The notes beneath the pieces are model-generated. The model did not search any database, had not been told where the DNA came from, and saw nothing but the letters and a program-made list of their open reading frames with translations. A stretch of DNA of 64,000 nucleotides, from contig CM060733.1 of assembly GCA_030704615.1 (NCBI GenBank), positions 41,292,001 to 41,356,000 on the forward strand, in the 5' to 3' direction. This document shows positions 39,621 to 49,614 of the stretch, in pieces. The stretch comes from Takakia lepidozioides (lineage: Eukaryota > Plantae > Bryophyta). How positions within the stretch are numbered: the stretch's first letter is position 1; the number at the start of each line of letters is the position of its first letter. Both the position numbers and the translations under genes were made by a program.

Positions 39621-41691
39621 TCACTCCTCATCACCTAAGTCATAGGTGTACTCGTCCGAGGAACGCAAGCTACGTTGGGCCTCCAATTTGGAGGATGATG
39701 AGGCCGAGTCCGAGATTACATCATCCTTCGAACCACCCCCTACTACTAGCTCTCCCCCATCCGACCGAGCCACTAAACTACCCATCCCCACCCCTACAGA
39801 TGCACTATCCTCCGTCAATTGTGGCGTCTTGGCCATTGAGGCTACAAGGGCCTTCCACCCCTGAGTCTTGCAAAAGCCCCACTTGTGTGTTGATTCCGCA
39901 CACTTCTTGAGGCGGGCTGCAGTTGCCGCATGTCCCCTTGCGAAGATCTCCGCCTTCAGCTCTTCCCTCTCCCCTGCGATGAGAGCCTCCCAAGATTCCT
40001 GTCTAGCCCCAACAAAGACACTATAAATGTTAATGAACTCCATACCGCAATGAACGTGCATTCAAAGACACCAATGACAACTGAAGTGCGTCTTACCTTG
40101 GTTATTCCATGTGGCATGGTCGTTGGTTCGACCCCCACCTTGAGTGCCTTGCAAATGGTTTGTCGCGCACGGTACCTCTTGTCCTTGAGGTTCTTTCCCA
40201 CCAGCTCCAAGAGCTTCCCCTCATTCCACTCAACCGGAAATGTGCCCTCAAGTGCTTGCACGAATGCTCGTCTATGGCAATGTGATTGGCGTGGCCAATC
40301 AATATGCCAAGGGAACCACCTCGCCGCCAAGTCGAAGGCTACTTTTTTCATGGCCTCCTGATACTCACCAATGGGGTCACCGACCTTATTGGTCTCTAAG
40401 GGGGGCACCTTCATCTTTGGCAAATCAAGATTGCGGGACCCGAGGTCTTTACCTCGTCCACGCTCTTCTGAACTACCTCTCCCTTGTCTTTTGTTGCCCC
40501 GCTAATGCCCTCCACTGGCTGCACGCTCATCTGAACCAGCTCCCCCTTTTGTTCCCCCACTAGTGCCCTCCCCCGGCTGCACCTCTCTCCTTCTACGCCT
40601 CTTTCTCTTACGCTCCCTCTCATGGGCCTGTCCTTTCCCCTTCCCCTCCACTACTTCCCTCCCCCCCTCCATTACTTCCCCACCCTCCTTGATGATTAGG
40701 GGAACCTTGAGGACACGACGTCTTTTCCTCTTCCTCTTACCATCCCCAAAGGTAGGCACCACCACTGTCCCTGCTTTGTCGGTGGCAATCCCACTGCTTG
40801 CCACAAGCTTAGCCACGATGCGCCAAGCTCTTGAACACAAACCCACAAATTAGAAACAAACCAGAAACAATGAAAGGCAAAGGAAAGAAAAAAAGGTGAA
40901 GGAAAGAGGCTCACCTTTGCGTCCATGACCTCAATGTTGCCCTCGGTCCCCGCTTGTGGTGCACAACCCACAACGCCCTCTCGGAATAAGGGTGGAAGCC
41001 TATCCCATGCACCCAATAGGCTCACAGGCGGCGCCCCAAAGTCCAGGGTCTTCTTCATTGACCGTTCAGGCGACGGACTTCGCAAGGGCCCTCCATAGCC
41101 AGGTCACCCTCGCCTTTTCCCCCTCCTTTCCCGTGCCCCCTTATTTCCCTCTTCTTGTTCTTCCTCCCTCTTCCTTTCCTCCTCCTTCCACCTCATTGTG
41201 GCCTCCTTTGAAGCCTCCCTCTTCTCCCAAGGTGAGGAGGAACCCACCCCCTTCTACCCCCCCCCCCCCCCCTTATAAGCCCTCTTGGCTGCAAAAGAAG
41301 GGGAAAATGCATTGGCGGTGGGGCTAAGATCAAGTTGCCCATACCTGGCGGCAGATCTGAGAATGCGCTTCCCCGCGTAAAAGTCAGGGCCCTCCATCAG
41401 CCCGGGGGTGGCGTCCCAGCCTGAACATTGGGTGCACCATCCTCAAGTGGAGGCTCGTCCCCAGCCTCAACCTTCGAGGGCGTGGAGGCCTCGACGGCCT
41501 TATGGCTTGGTCCTCTCACACATAGCCCGCCTATAGGGCTGGTGAGTTTGGACCAGTGGACGCCGTGTCACACGGCCGTCAATGACGGGAGCGTTGTCAA
41601 GCTTCCCTACCTTAGCGGCAGGCGATTTCTGCTCCTTCGGCGGCGCCTTCTCTTTGTCCTTCGCTGGCGCCTTCTCCTTGTCCTTCGCCAT
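39621..41691 (-). pseudogene. TnpA/Ptta-like (Transposase_24-like) gene of CACTA-B, spliced, degenerate
   Basis: MAKDKEKAP.. start; EAMKKVAFDLAARWFPWHIDW..LKDKRYRARQ; WEALI..EE.K..AAR..STHKWG..GWKAL; acidic tail; homologous to 60223-62280. Confidence 0.55.
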
Positions 41692-41859
41692 ACTACCAGC
41701 TTATCCCTGCGCCCACAACATTACTACCATGTGATTTCACATGCCAAAAACCACAAGGCCTGACCCTCCCCCTTCCCCTCTCTTCCTCTCCCTCTATCTT
41801 TATGTCTCTATATCTTGTCTCCCCCTTTCTCTCTCTGCTGATAAGCAAAAAATGAAAGA

Positions 41860-42890
41860 GGGGGGGGGGGGGGGGGGGTGTGAGAGCACCAGCACTTGCT
41901 GCTGCTGTCAGCCCCCCACCATTCCAAAAAAAAAAAAAAAAAAATGTGCGGGGGACTGAGAGCAGCAGCAGCAAGTACTCGTTGCTGGCAGCTCTCACGC
42001 CCCCCACCATTGCCAAAACCAAAAATGAAAAGTCGGGGGGGGGGGCTAAGACCAGCAGCAGCAAGCTGCTTTCAGCACCCCCACCATTCCACAAGCAAAA
42101 AAGCAGCAGCAAGCTGCTTTCAGCACCCCCACCATTCCACAAGCAAAAAGTCGGGGGGGGGGGCTAAGACCAGCAGCAGCAAGTGCTTTCAGACACCCCC
42201 ACCATTCCACAAACAAAAAACGGAAAATGTGGGGGGGGAAGTGAAGTGGGAGTCAGAGGCGCTGAGGCACCCCCCCCCAGACCAAACTCAGACTCCCAAC
42301 CCAACAAAAGACACACCACACACAACTTTCAACCCACACCCCCCCCCAACCGCCCCACCAAAACCGCACCCACACCCCCAACCCCCCCCCCCCCTCAACC
42401 TTCTTTTATTTTTGCTTCCTCGCGCTCCCACTCTCTCCCTCTTATCCCTCTTGTCCCTCATCTCTCCCTCTCTCTCCTCTGTCCCATCAGGTGTGGAGAG
42501 AGGGGACTGTTGAGGCGTTAAAAAAAAAAAAAACGGTGTGGAGTGGGGAAGTGAAGGGAGCAGCTGCCCCCCCCCCCCCCCCCCCCCCCCTCAACAGTCC
42601 CCTCTCTCTCCTCTCTCCCTCGCTGCCTCTTCCATCTCTCTCCTCTGAGAAAGAGGGAGAGGAGGGATTTAAAAAAAACTAAAAAAGGTGGGTGGGGGGG
42701 GAGCAGACTAAGCAGCCACCAGCATCTGAGCAGCAGCTGCTCAGTCACTCCGTTGCTGCTCAGTCACCCCCCTCCCCCCCCCCACTTTTTTTTTTTATTT
42801 TCTTGGCCCCCTCTATCCCTCTCCCCCCCTCTCTCTCCCTCTATCCCTCTCCCCCCCTCTCTCTCCCTCTCTCCCTCTCCCTCTATAACT
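41860..42890. repeat. Low-complexity poly-G/poly-C tracts and ~48-60 bp tandem units
   Basis: Repeated cagcagcaagctgctttcagcacccccaccattccacaagcaaaaa; similar tract at 62400-62560 in CACTA-A. Confidence 0.8.
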
Positions 42891-44882
42891 TTTTGGATTT
42901 CATTTGGCCCTGATATTTACTATTTGCTTCTTTCATCTAAACTGGATGAAATACATGAATAATGGTGACCTATTCTAAAAATCCAAGAGGTAGTAATTTG
43001 TACCATCATAAATGATGGCACTTACTAAACCTAAGCCTATACCGTAACCCTAAGATACCTTTTTATGGGATATAATCCATTAACAAAATGCATCTCTTTA
43101 AAATGTGATTTTTCATCCACCCTGGATGAGAAATCGGGAAGTTGTGCCCTAAACGGGCCGACATATTTCACAGCACAGAACTCGTGCTTCTATGATCCTT
43201 GATGATGCGCCGTATAAACCTGCTCCCTTGCGGCTACATGGTACTCGTGATGGCTGGCTTTTGGGATGCGCATTGGCAGATAGACAGATTCCTCTCTGGC
43301 AGTCGACAATGCAGTGATCGCTCTGCTCAGAAATTTATGATTCTGTTAAATTCGCAGCGGCGCTCTTACTCCTCGTTGGGAAGTACTCCACCCCTACTTA
43401 GCCACAGATTACATGTTGCTCTCTTTCTGTATGAGCTACTCTCTATCTGTGAACACTTCTACTTTGATTGCGTTCTGCTGGAGACATCTACTGGACGCCA
43501 TGGCGCAGGGCATACCACAAACACTCAAGGTTTTTTTTTTAGTGTACCCTTGCTTGGATTACGATTTGTACATGCTTTAGAATTCAACACTGACATGGAT
43601 AGCAACTGTGAAAACCTGCCACTCACCTGATGCATCCTCACTAACACACATCTCTATGTGGTGGTTTTTGGGACGGGCACAGGTGAGGGTCTTCACTTGT
43701 CTTGAATTTTTTAAGCTTGCAGAGTCTGATTCATGCATAAGGGATTGCTGCTACCGCCTGAAGCTGCTGATACCAACTGTTGTTTCAAATCTGCCATCTT
43801 GCTGCCTCAAATCGGCTTCAAGTCTGCTCTATTGAGGATCACCTTCTTACTCCTTATCCCTGTTTTTGGTTCTTGATAACCACTACTATATGTTTTGGAG
43901 TTAAGACACACAATGGACTTCATAGAAAACAAAATCTCTGTTGAAGGCTCTGGCTGTTTTCAACAAAGGTACATGGCTGCGGCTATAGCTCTGGCAGCAT
44001 GGAAACTAAGCTCTGAAATGAAACACCATGGCCTAGCTCTGATGGATCAGAAGATAGACCTTGTGATAACAAACATTCTTCAAGGCTCTTATATCACCAC
44101 TATTTCATTGCATGATAGGGGACAATGGTTTCTGAGTTCATTTCTTTAACTAGCAGAGCTTGTTATGAGGCCCTGGAATACCACTCCAGGCCCATATCTA
44201 CTTGAGGGTACTCAGCCCTATGTTTTGTTTTGTTAGAAATCTGGCTTATGACTTGGCACTGAAGCACCTTCAGACCTGGCCCCATCAATATTTTGGTTTT
44301 CAAGAACTGCTTGCTGGTAGATGTTGTGCTCTTCCTACCTTATACTATGGCAGAGTTTTGATCTTGAAGTCCTGGAATAACTATCCAGGCTTACATATGC
44401 CTGAAAAAACTCAGCCCGCTTCTACTTTATGAATCTTGCATGTGTCTTGGCACTGACAGATCAGTTTCACGCCTACACAGGATGTTGTTTTAGGAAGATG
44501 AATGGCTCAAGAACTAGATTATGTAAGGCTTGACCCGTGTCAACAACAAAAAATGAATGCTTTATGTCAACTTATGGGGCTTTCAGGATATGAATGACCA
44601 GGAATCCCGCCCTCCCACCCTGTTTTTTCAGATACCCTGAAAAGTTATAAGATGTTCAAATGAGTTGGTAAAAGGGGTTGTTAGATGATGCCCTGTAAAG
44701 GGTTGCTTTGTCTTTCAATGACAATGACCTTAGTGGTCTTGTCCATGTCTTGACATAACATGTATATCTTCTCTCTCTTTATTTGACCAATGTACTTAGT
44801 GGTATTTGTACACATCATCTACCCATCTCCTTTTCACCTTCTCATTATGATGCACTGACAAGTTTTTTGGGGTGGGCTTTGA

Positions 44883-46502
44883 CAGAAGACCAAAGGAGAC
44901 CCTAGATGGAATGAGGACCTCGTAGCTCTGGGGTATCAGTCCCCTCTACCTCCTCCAATTCCTGCTGTACAAGCAACCCTCGCACAAGTCATACCAAGTG
45001 ACTTCCATGCTACATTGCAAAAGATGGACACTGAGGCCTTGGAAAATTCAGGTGATGAAAATCCCGTATTACTACTTGAGACCTTGGCTTTGGAAAATTG
45101 GGTTGCACTTGGCATCATGGCAAATAAGAAAGGCAGGTACCTGGAGAAGCTCCAGGAATTCAATACTAAAATGATTAAGGTACTGGAAGATGATGCCGAG
45201 GAGCTGATACAATGGGAAAAGAAGGGATCAGCCATTGAGGTAGCTCTTAGAATGGCGAACCCGGAAGATGACCAGACTGTCTCCACGCAGAAATCTGCAA
45301 ACACCTCTGAAAAAGACTTCATCCCTTCTGTAAGTAATCACCCAATCCTTGGGCACATGATTTTACCGGATGAAGAAAAAGAGGCAGTGAGAGAATGTTG
45401 TGAACAAGTAGAACTCTCACAAGTGGAGCAAGAGAGAGCAGCAGGTGCCACTCCTGGAAATCTGCAATTTGTCCCTTGGTTGCCTCCCCGTGCAGTTGAA
45501 TTAGAGGTTGCCAATAACGATCATATGATGTGGCATCCACATGCTAATATCAACCTATTGGCACCCATTTCCATTGAAATGTGGGTCAAATGGGGCAACA
45601 TAACTCCTGCTGAACGCAGTAGATGTGCAGAGGATGCTAAGGAGGGTCTTCAGAGAATAAAAAAGGAACCTATTGCCGTGGCGTGGCCACTAAGGACCTT
45701 CTACTACAAGCTCTGTGACAAAGGTGAGAACCTTACCTTGAGGACCAAAAATGATTTGCCGACTGGCTCAGCCAGATCCAAGAACCATAAGAGTCAACTC
45801 TTCAATTGGCATCGTCCCTACATAAGATGCAACTGTGGACAAGGAGGGGCACCCTCTTCTTGCATTGGGAGTGTTGCTTGGTTTGACCATATGGTTTGGT
45901 ATATGCTGAACAATCTGATTGTGTTCTTCCCTGATGATGCCTATCCTTCGGTGCAAACCAAGTATTACAATTTTCTGGTATGGATCATGCGGGCTGCCAG
46001 ATCTGCTGTACTGGCACAAATTACCTTCCAGATGACCCGAGGGTTCATAATGGAAGCAGCCTGTGAATTCTCAAATGACCCACAAGCCAAGCTGCTTGCG
46101 AAGTTAGGAGAATCCAAGGGGGCCAGATACATTGAGAAACTCGTGAAACCTGGGTCTTTTTCAGACAGCCTTCCCAGGCCACAATTCAATAGCTACAAAC
46201 GGCAGCGTATGGAGGGGCAGATGCCTCCTCAACAAGGCAAGAACGGTACTGCTCGGGGAAGAGGTACCCCTGGTCGTGGAAGAGGTCTCTACCAAAGAGG
46301 AGGACGCTCTGGCAGGGGACAGTACTCTACCAACACCTCTGAGAATTCAAGAGCAACGAATCGGTCCTCAACTGGGGGTTCCGGTGCTAATTCCAGTACC
46401 ACCATCAACATCGCCAGCCAGGAGTCATACAAGACTCGTCGTATCACTGACGAGTTCTCCCCAATACACAAACGAGACTTTGGATCATGGAATAATCTGT
46501 AA
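44883..46502 (+). CDS. Long uncharacterised ORF (ORF1-like; coiled-coil N-terminus, CxC..C..H cluster, RGG-rich C-terminus)
   Basis: Stop-free from 44883 to 46502 (~540 codons), possible acceptor tttgacag at 44885; IRCNCG..SCIG..FDH; GRGTPGRGRGLYQRGGRSGRG; lies directly upstream of the RT-like frame. Confidence 0.6.
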   Translation, partial: QKTKGDPRWNEDLVALGYQSPLPPPIPAVQATLAQVIPSDFHATLQKMDTEALENSGDENPVLLLETLALENWVALGIMANKKGRYLEKLQEFNTKMIKVLEDDAEELIQWEKKGSAIEVALRMANPEDDQTVSTQKSANTSEKDFIPSVSNHPILGHMILPDEEKEAVRECCEQVELSQVEQERAAGATPGNLQFVPWLPPRAVELEVANNDHMMWHPHANINLLAPISIEMWVKWGNITPAERSRCAEDAKEGLQRIKKEPIAVAWPLRTFYYKLCDKGENLTLRTKNDLPTGSARSKNHKSQLFNWHRPYIRCNCGQGGAPSSCIGSVAWFDHMVWYMLNNLIVFFPDDAYPSVQTKYYNFLVWIMRAARSAVLAQITFQMTRGFIMEAACEFSNDPQAKLLAKLGESKGARYIEKLVKPGSFSDSLPRPQFNSYKRQRMEGQMPPQQGKNGTARGRGTPGRGRGLYQRGGRSGRGQYSTNTSENSRATNRSSTGGSGANSSTTINIASQESYKTRRITDEFSPIHKRDFGSWNNL

Positions 46503-46519
46503 AAATCTCATTTTTTGGT

Positions 46520-47700
46520 ATGTTCCTCTACTCTGTATGTGCAGATGCGTTATATGTCTTTGAGGATGGTTGCAGACAAATTGAAACTCATGCCCATGGC
46601 AGGAAATTCATAAAACAGGCAGCAAAACCTGCTCCCTTGGGATTCATTCATATGTTATACCCAAACCGTGGTATGGAGTGGATACACCCTAAGAACCTGA
46701 TAAAAGAAGCCTTTCTGGAATTTGGGCAAAATGACTTAGCTATTCTCATCGATGAGATAGTTTTTGGATGGACATATCATAAACAAAGCAGTTCTGAATA
46801 CTATCAGCCTGCTGTTGTTTTCCGTGATTTTTGCTTTATGCAAGACTGATTCACTCACCAGATTGTCTATGTGACAGTACCAAGAGGTTTCATGATTTTC
46901 GGGATGTGGATACAAAATCAGAATTCCATCTATCTGGTTCTACACCTACGCAACACGTACGTACCATGGACCTGAATATTATTAAACACGCAAGGCTGAA
47001 AGAAATATTCAGCCTAGGTATGAATCACATCCCTCTCAAACGTACTTTACTAAAAGACGTTGTTGAACAAGTGTCTTTGGCTTTCCACAAAACCTGTGAA
47101 ATTTTGCATGTAGACCCATGTGAATCTTGGGCTGCAACCTGCAACCAATGGGTAAAAAACACATGCTGGGATAGACTGAAACAAAAAGCCGGCAGAAGAA
47201 GGTATGACTTCACTGACCATGAGCGCAATCCTCTTACTGTAAAAGAGGCAAAAGACGAACTTTCATGGCTTCTCAATCACCTGTATTTCTCTGGTCTTGA
47301 CAAGGCTAACAACAATGTATGTTTTATGTGTGTGAAGCACGTAAGAATCCAAGCATTCCACAGATTGATGGGTAAAGACTTTACACCATGCAAGCAAGAT
47401 GAGGTATGGCTGCCACCTGACCTTGTTCTAGGAAACATTTCCGTGGAAATACAGAGTTTGATTCCGGAGATACATGTTCCCTCCTGTAGACTACCTTACA
47501 TTATGGGAATCTACAAGCTACATAAGAAAAAATACAGATGGATTACCAATGCCCACAAATGTGTTTTCAGTGACCTAGCTAGCCTCCTTACAAGAGCTAC
47601 CATCGATCTTCTACCATTGGTAAAAGAATGGACCAAAACAAGGCTGGATACTTATGAGCGATTTTTCAAAGTATCTACTGCTATGTATTGGTGGGGTGGG
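46520..47700 (+). mobile_element. Penelope-like element reverse transcriptase, N-terminal half only
   Basis: YPNRGMEWIH..WTY; CLC..HVRTMDLNIIKHARLKEIFSLGMNH; LDKANNNVCFMC; RT1-2 LPYIMGIYKLHKKKYRWITNAHKCVFSDLASLLT. One frameshift near 46840; ends at MYWW before the catalytic aspartates. Confidence 0.75.
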
Positions 47701-47823
47701 GACATATGGCTTTACGTTTGTAGGGTTTTTTTTTTCAAGTTTTTCCAAGGGTTGGGAGTGTAACTCCTCCGGAGGTTACAGTGGGTTACAATACGGTACT
47801 CTACCTCTCTCTCGTGCTAGGTC

Positions 47824-48150
47824 ATGTTGCGTGTTTATCGACGTGTCACGCTTGAGGATTTGTTGCCGGCTGTGCCACAACCACCTGCTGAGGGCGAGAC
47901 AACACGTTTGCGGCGGCATCGCCATGCCCGCACAGCTTTGCCCCCACGGCCACCACCCCGAGGTCGTAGGCCGCCAAGTCCAGAGGCACGAGCCCCGGGG
48001 AGGCCCCGCCGGGACCGCCTCCCCAAGATTGAGTGTTGGTGCAGTTGGTGTTGGGCACGACTACTGGTTGGGAGGACCACACCAATGATGCGGCGACCCC
48101 ATGTTGTGCAAAAACATTACGCCAAGTACGAGATTGCTGATGCAGCAAAG
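47824..48150 (+). CDS. CACTA-B first coding exon with transposase-associated-like Zn motif
   Basis: IECWCSWC..RPHVVQKHYAKY; ends AAG|GTAAGT, phase 0. Confidence 0.6.
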
Positions 48151-48262
48151 GTAAGTCGCCCATATATCTTCTCACGTACTCCTCAATTAAAAGTACTATA
48201 TCTAATGAAACCTCGCGTTTGTGAATTGAGTATTGATGCATTTGATATCATGCATCTTGCAG

Positions 48263-49614
48263 CCCCGTCTTGATGTCCAAGCTCGCAATTTTTTTGTTGA
48301 AGAGGCATACCGATGCGGGTTTCTTCCTTCTTACGAGCCCCACCCCGTTCCGGATGTGAACATTTTTTTCTCGCAACATGACGTAGATGCAGTTTGTGAG
48401 GAAGCGGGGTACGATGCATGTTTTTCTATTTTTGGGCACCGGGCTAGGCGCTTGTCACCTACGCACACACATTCGTCATCCTCGACATTGGCACCCCCAT
48501 CATCACCATCATCCGCATCGTCCGTTCCTCCTATTGTAGATGGTCTTTCCTCATCACCATTGCCATCCGAGGTCCCTCATACCGACCGGCTACGTGTCCC
48601 TTCCCCTCCATTGCCGAGACCACAGCCGCCACCGAGTCCGAGTTTGACATCCTCGACATCGGCACCCCCATCATCACCATCATCCGCATCGTAAGTTCCT
48701 CCTATTGTACATGTTCTTTCCTCATCACCATCACCATCCCGGCCATCTCGGCCAGTACTACCTCCACGCGAGATCCCTCATACCAACCTACATTTCCCTT
48801 CCCCTCTATTGCCGAGACCACAGCCGCCACCGAGTCCGTATCCGGGTCCTCCGGCAGAACCCGGATGGATCCCACCACCTTTGGGGACTGTGTATGACTG
48901 GGACAGATGGATCACTAGGTTCCCACTCCGGGAGAAGGGCCCCCGAAGTGATGGACGGGCGCCGCCCCCTAGGAGAGATGGACCGAAGTTGTTTCGCACG
49001 GTTGGTCCGCGCCTTCGCCGACATGATGACGGCACCATACATCATCGTGGTGCTAGGGAGCTATTCACGATGGGAGTCCAACCCCATTTCTACCAATGTC
49101 TTGTGCCTTGTCCAGTTCGGATTCCCGAGGGTGAGCCCTTTTTTTGTTGGGGTCGCATGCATTGCGTGATGGAGGCAATGGACCCTAGTATGGGTCGCGG
49201 ACTTTTTTTGATGGAGGATGTAGTTTTGGGGGGAGGAGAGGATTCCGTGGATTTGTTCCCCTATTTTGGGCCGAGGTACACCCACCGGGAGTGGCAATTA
49301 TTGCAGACACACGGCCTTGGGTCCTTGATCCATCCTTACATCTTTGTTGTGAACGACAATGATGTAAGGGCAAGAAATTTGGGCCGCAAAGCCCATATTT
49401 ATTGTGACGAAAACCCCGATATGTACAGCAACGTGGCTGGGCTCATCAACAGTTCAGTTACCTTACCGCCGGGCCACACCGCCAACGTGTTTTGGGATGA
49501 GCGCCATGACGGGGATAGTAGATTGGACCCTAACATCACCACTTTTGTGATGACATGTGCAAGAAGGACTATTAGGGCTGGAGGTTGTTTGCAGAGTATG
49601 ACTTTAGGCGTTAG
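48263..49614 (+). pseudogene. Pro/Ser-rich linker plus SET-domain exon inside CACTA-B
   Basis: Acceptor cttgcag|CCC (phase 0). MGRGLF (49190), PYFG, NVAGLINSS..AN (49430), FVMTCARRTIRAG, then LFAEYDF* in a shifted frame (stop 49612-49614). One in-frame TAA at 48692 within an internal ~170-bp duplication (48477-48640 / 48647-48838). Confidence 0.75.
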
